A stretch of 64,000 bases of DNA from Raja brachyura. Its lineage: Eukaryota. The translations under genes were made by a program, and so were the position numbers. The DNA lies in NCBI GenBank assembly GCA_963514005.1, contig OY740807.1:12648001-12712000 (forward strand), in the 5' to 3' direction. Positions 25,130 through 37,178 of the stretch are shown here, one piece after another. Below the pieces are notes generated by a model, which ran no database searches, was not told the origin of the DNA, and saw nothing but the letters and a program-made list of their open reading frames with translations. Each line of letters opens with the position of its first letter. Position 1 is the first letter of the stretch.

Positions 25130-26060
25130 TATGAATGAATAATGAATTTAAAATATTGGCCAAGTATACATACAAGGAATTTGCCTTCGTGCGTTGCTTG
25201 CAAAATGTTGAAAACATGATATACAGCAGACAATTAAAACATTATTATTTAAATATGTGAAAATAAAGTACCAGAGTAAAAAGAGGCTACGAACTTCTGA
25301 CTGTTAAGTAAAGCTACTGCTCGCGGAAAAAAAGCTCTTTTTATGTCTGGCTGTGGTGGGTTTGATAGTCCGGAGTCGTCTCCCAGAGGGAAGTATTTCA
25401 AAGAGTTTGTGGCCATGGTGAGAGGGGTCAGAGATGACCTTGCCTGTTCGTTTCCTGGCCCTTGCAGTGTACAGTTCATCAATTGGGGGGGGGGGGGGGG
25501 GGTAGGATACTGCCAACTTTCTTGGCTGATTGAACAATGCGCTGCAGCCTCCGGATGTCATGCTTGGTGGCTGAGCCAGACCACGATGGAGACAGTGAGG
25601 ATGGACTATGATGGTAGTGTAAAACTGGACCATCATTGCCTGTGGTGGGTAGTGTTTCCTCAGCTGCTGCAGGAAGTACATCCTCTTAGGACTTTTTGAC
25701 TGTGGAGTCGATGGTGACCTCCCATTTAAGGTCCCTGAACTCCACAGATGCGACTAGTGTAGTTGATGATGAGTGGGGTACTCGCCTAAAGTCTACAATC
25801 AATTCCAATATCTTAAGAGCATTGAGCTCCAGATTGTTGCTCTGGCACCAGGATGCCAGCTGTGTCATTTCCTGTCTATAGGCAAATTTCTCCCCATCCT
25901 GGATCAGTCCAATCAGTGTTGTGTCCTCTGCAAACTTGAGAAGCTTGACAGAGGAGTCTGTGGAGGTGTAGAGAAAAGGAGGGGAGAATATGCAGTCTTG
26001 CGGTGCTCCTGTTCTGATGGTCAGTGGGTCCGGGGTGTACTTTCCCAGCCTCACATGCTG
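25130..26060 (-). mobile_element. Rex/Babar-type LINE 3' fragment
   Basis: TGAPQ, KFAEDTT and ELIVDFRR motifs. Confidence 0.82.
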
Positions 26061-27417
26061 CTTCCTGTATAGGGTGGAGAAGAAAGCTTCTGGTCAGGAC
26101 TCTCCTTCAGACTAAAAGGAGTATGGGGAAGAAGAGAGGTGAGTGTGGAACAAAGACTCGTGAGTGAGAGTATCCAGAAATCTGTAGTTCCAGCATCTGT
26201 AGTTTCTTGTGCCTCCGCTGCAATATTGAGCCGAACTTGTATCAGAAAATTAAATGTGCATTTAACAGGTGATATAGCAGTCATGGGGCTCCTTAGTCAA
26301 CATATTTACTGGGCAAATTAATTTGGGAGAGAGAATTCATGAAATGTATACAAGATGTTTTCAAGATGAATATGTTCGGGAACCAATTGGGGGAACAAGG
26401 CTATTTGGATCTTATTTTGTGCAATTGGAAAGTTGGAATAATTAACAATGAGTTACAAGTTTGAGTGGTATCGTTTGACCCAAAACAAAAATGTTGTATT
26501 TAAACTAAATAAATTACTGTTGTAAGGGGTGAATTGGCTATGGTTGATTGGGAAAACAGCATTAAAGGGTATCACTGTGGACACGAATTGGCTCTCATTT
26601 ATAGAAATAATACATAATTTGTTTCAAATTCCTTTTAAGGCACAAAACCCAATAGGAGAACGTCATCTGGGCATGACAGGGGAAACTAAAGATAGTATCA
26701 AATTAAACAAAGTTGCAGAAATGGCAGTGTTCAAGGAAGAAAACAGATGACCTTTCAGAAATATTATAAACCTAGGATAAAATGAGCCTGAAGAATTGAA
26801 GGAAATGAGTATTACTTAAAGATGTGCCAGAAAAAATAGTGAAACTGTAAGCCCAAAATTCCAAGGACTTGGATTGACCTGATCTGGAGTTTCCATGGAA
26901 TTGGCAAGAGACATCTTTGAAATTCTGGAATGACTTCTGTAGACCAGAGAGCAGCAGAAAATTACCACCATTTATTGTCTACCTTCAAAAGAAACTAATC
27001 TTTTTGCTCAAAACTGGTAAACTGTAATATGTTATAGGACATTTGCATGTTGCCATTCCGGTACAGGCAATTTATCATTTATAAGCAGTTAACAACCTTG
27101 TATCTGTGTTCCTTTCTTAGAAAAGCTAATATAATTAGTTGTCTCCGGAGTACATCCAGCTGCTCTCCTTCAGGTCACCACTGGTGAGAAAAATGATTGG
27201 TACACTACGCTGACAAAATTCTTAAGTCCGATGAAACAATGACGAATTTAAAAATTGGTATTAAAATAGAAAATTCCACGCTCTTTCTTGATCAACAATA
27301 CTTCATGCTCCATTTAGTCTTTTGGGACCATGAGACTTGATGGTAGGATTTTTTTTCCCCCGCCATTTGCTCCAAATGCCATATCTATTTGTCTTTTATA
27401 ATTTCTCTTCTGCAGCC

Positions 27418-27569
27418 ATGTACAAGCTGAATCAGCGTCGCAAAAAGTGGAAAATGGTGAGAAAATGGCATGCAATTGGAAATTCAAACAAAAATAGTAA
27501 GCGACGCCTGTTGGCAAAACACAAAGGATGTGCCTGCAAGCCAAAGCCAACCACTTGTCAAACACCAGA
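27418..27569 (+). CDS. PRR11: PRR11 first coding exon (152 nt)
   Basis: Polypyrimidine-CAG acceptor then CCATG; basic N-terminus MYKLNQRRKKWK resembles PRR11 MPKFKQRRRK; GTAAGT donor, phase 2. Confidence 0.82.
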
Positions 27570-28969
27570 GTAAGTTGCTCTTTAACTGGTTATTCAACTA
27601 GGCTCATCTTTCAGAGTGTGTTTGAATTGCACAAGACTATTACCATAAATTAACAATTATTTTACTGGATCTTGCACACCCAGCCACAAATATTACTTGA
27701 AGGTTACTAGAATTTTTGGAAAATCTTACTAATTAATTTCAGATGCCCTTTAGTGTTTTGAACAGCTTTTCTGGTCCTTTTATGTAGAGAATTAATTTGG
27801 GCTATAAATAATGGAAAATAAGATGTCAGGTGAAAGAAACAGATATTTTGCTCCAGTTCATTGCAGAGGATAAAATTAACTGCAGAAATTGGTGTAAATT
27901 GAGAACTTGGGGGGGGGGGGGGGGGTGCCTGAACCAGCATAACAGCAGCCTTCAAAGGCAACATCTCCACACTGAACCTTGAGCTGATTCTTTGCTGTGA
28001 TAGTGGCAGTAAACAGAAGGGTCTTGGCGCCTGCATTCCTAAAAGAGCCACACAAAAGCACAAGCATTTGGGAGAGGCTCCCAGTGTAACAATTGAAAGT
28101 TGCGCTGGAACCCAGTGTCATTTTTGAAATGTATGGTGTACATATCTGAGCATTTGGATTGGAAGACTAAAAGTACTATAACAAATCGATGCTCTGCGAG
28201 GTAGTGCTGCACTGGATACCACTACACGTAATTAGAAAATTGGTTATCATTTATTGATGGGGGTGTTAAATACAAAACTACACAATTTGTGCTTCAGTTA
28301 CATGGACCATTTGTTCGACCACATTTGGATTAATGTGTAGAGTATTCGTCATGTTTGAGGAAGGATATTAATGCACTAGAAGCGACTTTTGAGAAGGCTT
28401 ACGAGACTAATACCTAGAATGAATAGATTTCCCATAAGGAAAGGTTGTACAGGCAAGCATGTAAATGCTGCAGTAAGATGTGATTGGATTGAAGCGCACA
28501 AGATCCTGAGGAGTCTGGACAGTGGATGTAGAGAGGATGCTTCCACGTGGGAGAATCTATAAATAGGGTCACTGTGCAAAAATTACTTGTCCTTTTAAGA
28601 CTTTTTTTCCTCTGTGGGTCCCGAGTCTTTCCTCCGAAGATAGTGGAGGCAAAGTATTTAAATATTTATTGCAGAGTAAGATACTCGAGGGGGGGGGGGG
28701 GGGGGGTGAACGGTTACTGTTCTGTTTCTGGCTGCTTTTTGTTGCAGATGAATGTTGCATTTTCTGCTACATAGCTGTGTTGGTGTTTTTAAAAAAATTC
28801 CAATGTTGTGGAAAGTACTAAGTTGTTCACCTGTCCCAATTTAACTAGGTTTGCACCACAGACCTTTGCATGACTCGCCTGCTACCATTTCATATAAATG
28901 AGTTACTTGATATTGGTGTTTGTCTGTTCATGTATATCTCACTTGTATTTATTTTTATTTTAAACATAG

Positions 28970-29123
28970 GAAGGAGGATATGGTCACATCCTATAGCAAT
29001 TCCTTCCTGCATGAATCTGTTCCTGTCGGGCTTATTTCTTTAGTGAATGTGAAGAATTTATTCAATCCTCTTCAGACTGTGGTTAACTCCATATACTCCT
29101 GGTGGCTAAGGACCATTAGGCAG
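28970..29123 (+). CDS. PRR11: PRR11 coding exon 2 (154 nt)
   Basis: TAG/GT flanked, restores phase 0; ends SIYSWWLRTIRQ, similar to PRR11 SIYSWCQ. Confidence 0.85.
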
Positions 29124-30365
29124 GTATAAATTCAAATCAAATGTTCTCCAATTCAAATTGTGAAGTTGCTGTACTTTGGTAATCAATTGGATAATTATCT
29201 TGTGCCCTACAAATTGGGTGCATCTGTTCTCCAATTTGAAACCTCCACTGATTCAGACACTAATTGATCCTATGCTTTTCTTGCCCACAACCTCTGCTTT
29301 CTATTGCCCTTGTGATCCAGTGCTGGTTTATTAACCAGTGAACAAAATAATACAACACAAATAAGTGAACAAAAATGATCCAGGCCTGCTGTGCCTCCTA
29401 GGTTATATCCTCGCCCCAATCATTCCTTGCACACCTCTCCTACCATCATTCTCGTGGTGGATCCTAATTGCCAGCATTTCAGTTTCCTTTCAGATCCCCA
29501 CTTTGATGCAGAGAATCTAGTCATTGTGGCTAAATCTGATCCTGTTATCCTTTGGCATAAATGCACATTTTTCTAGCAGCGATTCTTGGTTTCAGTTAAT
29601 TTTTTTAAATGTAAAAAGTTGTGAAGCTCTTTTATTTATAATAAAAATCAAAAAAACTGAAACCAGTCTGAACGCTGCAATAAATGTAAATGCAAATGAT
29701 CTAAAATGGCTTGTGTTGCTATCCCTGTTACCCCTTAAATGTAATGCACTCTCCTCACTATACAAGTGGAATTGCAGTTTTCAGCCTCTTGGCAAACCCT
29801 TTCAAATGTAATGTTATTTAACTCTGGGTTATTTTCTACACATCTTGCCATAACAACTGCTTGGGGAATCCTACACACGACCTTGCAAGATGTGCTTTCT
29901 TTCTCTCTGAGCCCTCTTTTATAAATAAAAAATGCAAGCTAGTCCCAATTTTCCCCATCCTTTTTGTGAGATGCAGAGATATATGATGCCCAGCCATTAA
30001 GATGATTTGATAAAGAATGCTTTTGAGTTTATCATCAGAATAAGATTGTTACCAAGTATTTCCTCTGATGTATACTTGCAAATTTCTGTGGTGTGGAGAA
30101 ACTGGCTGAAATATGTTTTTGTCACTCTAATTCTTTTACAAATTGTAATCCATGCATGTTGGTTTCTGACCCTTCTGCTCGGGTAAAATGGTCCTTCCCA
30201 TTCTCTTGATCTAACCCTTTTATAATTTAACACGCCTCAGTACAATTTGACTGCAATTTTTTTTAAAATCTAGGTTCTGTATGTGACCTTTATCAAATGA
30301 GAAAAGGAGGGACAGAATTAGAAAAATGACAAACCAATCTTTATTTATTTCCTTTGCATTTACAG

Positions 30366-30497
30366 GGTTTTGAATTAATCAAAGATACTCTGTTTCCTTC
30401 ACGTGTTTACCTGAGGGAACTGAATGTACTCCGGCAACGTATTGAATCGCTTGAGATCAAAGTAACACAGATGCAAGAATTCTTCAATGAACATCAG
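30366..30497 (+). CDS. PRR11: PRR11 coding exon 3 (132 nt)
   Basis: GFELIKDTLFPSRVYLRELNVLRQRIESLE matches the conserved KDTIFPSR...REL motif; CAG/GT flanked. Confidence 0.92.
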
Positions 30498-31629
30498 GTT
30501 ATCTTTTGTTTATCAGTATTCACAACTTGCATGTAATACAACACATTTCCATTTGCTAGATATCGTGAATGCTCAATGGCAGAATTGCACAGAATGTTAG
30601 AAATTCTATGATTTCCACAACATTAATCAACAATTTCTCTAAACTGTCATTTATTGTAAATATTGCAAGCTATAAGTAGTATGAGATTAACATCTGCCCA
30701 GCAAGCCAGTTGCTCCTTTCTAGTAAAGTGAAGGAAGTGAAAATAATTAAAACAAGAAATGCTCAGCAGTCGGGCAGCATCTGCGGGAAGAGAAACTAGT
30801 GTAGCATTTCCTTATGGAATTTGGGACAAAAACAGGTTTTGACATAAAGTGGAGGGAGGGATGAACAGAACAAAGGAAGTTGTGTCGCTTTGCAGACTCA
30901 ACACAAACTTGGAAAAACCGTACCTCATCTTCTATTGTCCAGGCTTAATATCACAATTCTACTTTAATTGGGCACATGAAGAGCAGCAATATTTGTTGTT
31001 GGGTAATATTGGTACAAATTGATTTAATGGTCACTAGAAATATTGTTAAACAGACGTTAAGGAGAAAGCAAGGTTCTTATTCCAATGGGAGGTTTTGTCT
31101 AATTATTCAAAAAAAATGAGAGAAGATTAAATACGTATTTGATGCAGAACAACGTGCTTTTACGTTAATGGTAACATCACTCGTTGTTTGATTGTGGCAT
31201 CTGCAAAAGTAGAGGCATCATCAGGACCAATCAGGATTCAAAAAGGAGAGGAACAGTTGAATCCACTATAATTAAAGGGCAAACATGTAATCTATGATTT
31301 GGCAATCTAGATGAGATAAAATACTCAATCTGGTAAATGTGATCCAGAAAACACTTTATTCTTTACCAGTGATTTCTGCCATGACGTGCCACCTTCTGGA
31401 ATAAATTCTGAATGACTTGTAAATAGATACAAAATTGTATAATTTATCAATTTAATATGCAACATGGTAAACAATGATAAAAATCATTGGCCTTGAAGTA
31501 AATGATCCATAGATGTGAGATATAATGCATTGAACTTTCTATAACAAGGACTGCTTGAGCATTTTGAATGTCAGGCCAGATTCAAATCTCTCAATGCCCC
31601 CAAGTCTATGTAGTTCAGAACTTATTTGG

Positions 31630-32980
31630 AGGGTGTCATGTTTAATAGCCTGATGGCTCTAGGGAAGCTGTTTCAGAACCTGGACAGTACTTTTCAAGCT
31701 CCTGTACCACCTTCGCAATGGCAGAGGTGAAACCAGGGTGGTGTGGGTCTCTGATGCTGCCTGCCTTTTTTGAGGCAGCGACTCCTGTAAATCCCTTTGA
31801 TGGTGGGGAGGTCAGAATCAGTGATGGACTGGGCAATGCTCACCACTTTTATTGTCGTCTTTGCTCCTGGGCATTCAAGTTGCCGAACCAGGCCGAGATT
31901 CAACCAGTCAATAAGCTCTCTACTGTAGACCTGCAGAAGTTCAAGAGAATCCTCTCTGACATACAGAATCTGCAAAACCTCTTGGGAAGTAGAGCCATTG
32001 ATGGGCTCTCTTTATAATTGCATCAGTGTTTTGGGTCCAGGAAAGATCTTCAGAAAAATGCATGCCCCAAAATTTGAAGCTTTTGTCTCTCTCCACCATC
32101 ATCCCATCGATATCGACAGGTTTGTGGGTCTGTGCCCTTCTTCTTCCAAAGTCCACAATCGGTTCTGTGGTCTTACTGACATTGAGAGCTGTGATGTCGT
32201 GCTGGCACCATTTGGTCATTCGATTGATCCCACTTTCATACTCCGACTCGTCATCTGTAATTCATCCAACAACGGTGGTGTCATCTGCGAACTTGAAGAC
32301 TGAGTTTGCACAATGTCCAGCTTTGCAGTCGTGAGTATAGAGTAGAGCAGGTGGCTGAGCACACAGCCTTGAGCTGCTCCTGTACTAATGGTTATTGAGG
32401 AAGAAGTGTTGCTGCCAATTCAAACGGACTGTGGTCTGTTGATGATGAAGTCGAGGCTCCAGTTACAGAGAGATGTGCAGAGATCCAGTTCCTTGAGCTT
32501 GATAACTGGCATGGAGGGGATGATGGTATTGAAAACTGAGCTGTAGTCTATAAACAACGGCCTGTGTTATTGTCCTCCATTGACCTATTGTGGTGGTGGG
32601 CAAATTGTAATGGGTCAAGATTCTTGCTGAGGTAAGAGTTGATAAGTGCCATAACCAATCTCTCAAAGCACTTAATCACTACATACGTTAGTGCCACCGG
32701 TTGATGGTCATTGAGGCACTTTGCCTTGCTCTTCCTGGGCACTGGTAGTATTGATGCCCTCTTAAAGCAGGTGGGAACTTCTGACCTCTGTAATGAGAGG
32801 TTGCAGATGTCTGCAAAAACTCCAGCCAGTTGGTCGACACAGGTTTTAAGAACACGGCCAGGTATGCCATCAGGTCCAGAAACATTCCGAGGGTTCATCC
32901 CTCCCTGAAGGATCTTCTGGCATCAGTCTCTGTGACTATAATACTATCGGGGGCTAGGGAAGGCACATCAGTGTTCTATA
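31630..32980 (-). mobile_element. Rex/Babar-type LINE fragment
   Basis: GPDGIPGRVLK, KCFERLV, LDPLQFA and KTTEPIVDF motifs. Confidence 0.85.
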
Positions 32981-33596
32981 TGAAGTGGTCTGTATTTCCC
33001 TTCTGTTAGTTGCATGGGTCATCATTGATACAATACAATGGATTGTGGGATATAGTTACAAGTGACTAAAGTCCTATCTTAGCCTAGTTGGATTTTTTAG
33101 TATTATCACAAATATTTGGGTAAGATGTGCAGCCCAAAACATTTCAATGGACAGGTCTTATGATAAGGAAATGATTGCAATCCTGTAATGGGTTATTTGT
33201 TATTAATAGCAATGATCCTGTGTGGGATCTGGTTACTAGTGGAATAGTGCTGTGGGCAACATTCTTCACAATGGCCTAAATATAGATCAGTGGAGCTACC
33301 TGTAAATCTGTGTTTGCAAAGACATGCTGTGTAATGCAAAGACATGCAGGTGTTAGTATTTTTTTCAATGAGAGATGCCAAAGAAATGTTCCATGACTGG
33401 TACGTCATCTAATGTAGATTAAGTGTTTGCTATCTGGGCAGAGTTGGTGCCAGCTGTGTTCACAATGGACAATTATGAACCTGAATTGGCATTGAAGCTA
33501 AAGTAACTTTTCATGTGCATATCAATGAACACATGGAGCTATAACTCGACTTTGCAAGAACCTCCAGCTACCAACAAAGGGAGATATAGCTCAACT

Positions 33597-33900
33597 TGGC
33601 AAGGATATAAGGATAAGGGGGAATTCCTTTAGGACCGAGATGAGGAAAACATTCTTTACACAGAGAGTGGTGAGTCTCTGGAATTCTCTGCCACAGAAGG
33701 TAGTTGAGGCCAGTTCATTGGCTATATTTAAGAGGGAGTTAGATGTGGCACTTGTGGCTAAAGGGATTAGGGGGTATGGAGAGAAGGCAGGTACGGGATA
33801 CTGAGTTGGATGATCAGCCATGATCACATTGAATGGCGGTGCAGGCTCAAAGGGCCGAATGGCCTACTCCTGCACCTATTTTTCTATGTTTCTATGTTCT
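33597..33900 (+). mobile_element. CR1/HER1-like LINE 3' end
   Basis: Closely similar to 15408-15795, with a TTTCTATG repeat tail. Confidence 0.8.
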
Positions 33901-34350
33901 ATATCCAGATACCGACGAAATGAGATGTAGCATATCTCCTAGACAGACTTGCACCCGTTTCAGATTTTTTCATTTATTTAGGTAAATCTTACATTTACTC
34001 TGAACTGATCTGCCCCAGTGTTGACCTGTTTGTGGGAAGTGGGTGCCACTGATAAAGCAAATATTTACTCATCCAGAGTGGTGGCGTGAACTACTGCATT
34101 TCTTGTGATGAAGGTGCTCCTGAACTACAGTTCCAGGAATTTGATTCAATTACATGCAAAGGATGTGTTGCAGGAACTGGCAGTTTTGTGCATCACCGCC
34201 TTATTGGACATGATGGGTGCAAGTTTAAGAATATGCAAACTGTAGCCTAGTATCTAAATGTAATGGGTGAGTTGATTGAATAACTTGGTATAACTTTAAT
34301 TGTTTGGGTTAAATGTCTACTGTTTCTGAATTCTATTTTTTAATTTGCAG

Positions 34351-34596
34351 GAACCTAATACTGCAAAAGCTACTGAAGTATGTTTCTGTCGAAAGCATTT
34401 TGATTCCTTACCAGTTCCCAATAAAATTCCAATATGGCCAGTGCAGCCAATTGTCAGTTGCACTCCACTGAAGTCTCCAAAGGAACCTCCTCCTCCTCCT
34501 CCTCCTCCACCTCCCCCACCTCCACTACCTCCACACTCCCTGTTTGCAGTGAAGCCTCTGCAGATTCAAAGAAAACCTAGAGAAAAACACTTGCAA
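34351..34596 (+). CDS. PRR11: PRR11 coding exon 4, polyproline exon (246 nt)
   Basis: CAG/GTGAGT flanked; contains a run of about 13 prolines followed by LPP. Confidence 0.9.
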
Positions 34597-36260
34597 GTGA
34601 GTATGTAGTGAGCTGTGAACATATTCCACTCAGTTTTAACATTAATTAAATTCTGTGTGACCCGGTAAAAAAGATTTTTAAAATTAACATAGCATCTGAA
34701 TGTTTGTTATGGGTGACACAGTGGTGCAGCTACTGGAGCCGCTGTCTCACAGCTACAGTGTATTGGGTGGGAACCTGATCTTTGGTACAGTCTGTGTGGC
34801 GCTTGCATGTTCTCGTTGTGACTGAGATTCCACCATGTATTCTTCTTTCCTCCCGCATCCCCAAAACATGTTTCCTGCATTAGAGGGTATTATATATCGA
34901 GATTCGGAAAACTTGGATTTGTTTCCTCTGCCTTATCAGAGGTTTGGGGGGAGGCCTGACGGGTCCATAAAAGTATAAGAGGCCTAGATAGAATACCCAG
35001 TCAGAACCTTTTTTCCCCAGGGTGGAATTGTCAAAGACTAGAAAGCATAGCTTTAAGATGACAAAAACAATTTTATTTATTTTTTTTAAAGAGTCGTGGA
35101 TATCTGGAATGCACTCTGCCAGGGGTGGTGATGGAGGTTGACATAGTAGTGGCATTTTAGAGGCTTTTGGATATTCTGGGAATGGCAGGATAAGAACCAC
35201 ATGCAGGCAGAGGAGTTTAGTTTTGTATCATGTTCACCACAGACATTGTGGGTCAAAGGATCTGCCTTGCTGTTCTGCTCTAAGTTGGGAGGTAACTTGG
35301 CCACTAAAAATTATCCTATATGTGAATGGTAGAGTCTGTGGAGAATTGATGGTAATGTATGGATAATTTTTAAAAAATTGAACTAGTACAGTGTCTATGT
35401 AAATGATTGACTGAGTCCGTGGGCCTGTTTTCGCGCAGTAAATCTTTATCCCTATTGTTTTTGAATTTTGTGTTATTTGTAAAATGACTATTCAAAAGAT
35501 CCAGTTAGTTAACTCCAAGTGAAAAACTAAATTCTGGGAGTGTGTTAACATGATAGTGTGTTTGTTTGTTGAAACCACAGATGCAATAGGAGGAAGCAGT
35601 TAAAATAAAGATAAATCCATACCTGCAGTGAGTCTGTTTTGCTTTGAGATTTAGTACCCAGCTCTGGGTTTGATCCTCTTGAAAGCTCTTGAGTTTAGTA
35701 AATGAAAACCTCTATTGACGTGCTCTTTTGGATCGATGTATGTTCTCATCTTTCTATAAATTATTATCCCATGCTAGAATTGGAAGAATGTATCTTTCCT
35801 GGCATTTGAAGTTCTCACTCGGATAGAAAATTAAATTAGTGAAAATATAATCAAGGTCACAGTGTTCCCCATCAATGGGGAATTGGGATCGAGAGAGTGA
35901 CAAATTGGCCATGCATTGTTCTACCTATAATACTGCTGCATAGATCCATGAAATCAATTGCCTCTGAACATTTTGAACACGTTAAAAAACAACTGCTAAC
36001 TTTGGGGAAGTTTTTATGCTGTTTTTGTCTCATCTTGTGGGCCATAATCCACCAAAGACTTAGTTTATGCTCCCTGACTTAACAAATCCAAAGCTTATGC
36101 AGGCATCTTGTCCAAAACATCCTGTCAATCTAATACGTATCTGATTTCTGAAAGCTTCATTGGCAAAGGTATTACTTTGGGGATACTTTTCAGAATAAAT
36201 CATTTCCAAATATTGTTTATTATTGCATTCACCATCTTAATGATGATCCTTCTTTCACAG

Positions 36261-36359
36261 GCAATCGGTGAGGAAATCCTTAGACCCCCATCCATAACTA
36301 TAAAAGACTTGCTTCAAGTAAAACTGAAGAGGACTGTTGACAGATTTGAATTACTAAAG
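36261..36359 (+). CDS. PRR11: PRR11 coding exon 5 (99 nt, repeat copy A)
   Basis: CAG/GTTAGT, phase 0-0; AIGEEILRPPSITIKDLLQVKLKRTVDRFELLK. Confidence 0.82.
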
Positions 36360-36477
36360 GTTAGTGTTGATCAAAGATACTGGAGGTACTCCTCTAATAT
36401 CTTTGGTGCTGATCAAATCAAGCTAGTTTTGTCTTTGTGCACTTTGATGTAGGATATTGTTTTTGTGGTTTTTGTAG

Positions 36478-36576
36478 ATGGATCATGAGAGAAAAGATGG
36501 ACCACCATTTGTTACAATAAAGGATTTGCTTGATGTGAAGCTGAGAGCGACTCAGAACAAAGTAGAGAAAGCAAAG
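36478..36576 (+). CDS. PRR11: PRR11 coding exon 6 (99 nt, repeat copy B)
   Basis: TAG/GTGAG, phase 0-0; MDHERKDGPPFVTIKDLLDVKLRATQNKVEKAK, similar to PRR11 KDGPMQITVKDLLTVKLKKTQ. Confidence 0.9.
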
Positions 36577-37036
36577 GTGAGCATAATTGCTTAATGTTCA
36601 GACTAACACCAAACTGAACAGGTTAGTTGCCAGGTTAATTATTCCTGATGCTACGCAACTCGTATCAAACCAGCATGCACAAAGTTACTTTGAAGCTTAA
36701 TGGTATTTAAAACCACAAATATGAACAAGTGCCTGTTTGACTTTTAGTTTAAAGATACAGCATGGAAACGGACCCTTTGGCCCACAGTCTGTGCCAACCA
36801 GCAGTTCCAGCACACTAACACTATCCTGTGCACACGCTGAACTACAAACCTGAACATCTTTGGAGTGTGGGAGTGTTTTCTAACTAGAATTGTGTTGGAG
36901 ATTTTTCTTTTTAAATGCTTACTTTAGATGTGTATTATCTTACTAATCATGATTATACTTGGAAACAAAGTTGTAAATATTCTCATTTTTAGCTTTTTTT
37001 GTCTGAAATGCCATGAATTATGTACTTTGTTCTTAG

Positions 37037-37143
37037 ATGGATGCACCAGGAAAACTGAGATCCCCTTTGGTAACAATCCATGATCTACAAAGCTTTAATT
37101 TGCAGCGAAAAGCTAATCTGTTGCAGAAAACAGCAAAAATTAT
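37037..37143 (+). CDS. PRR11: PRR11 coding exon 7 (107 nt)
   Basis: TAG/GTAAGT; LRSPLVTIHDLQSFNL resembles RNPLVTVSDLQHVTL. Confidence 0.9.
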
Positions 37144-37178
37144 GTAAGTCTGAAATCTTTTCAATCTATATTCAATAC

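Noticed and set aside
35581-35627. Possible small PRR11 exon (CAG...GTGAGT)
   Set aside because: Phase-0 reading gives ATG CAA TAG, and the internal acceptor gives 38 nt and a frameshift; it cannot be a coding exon, though a poison exon is not excluded
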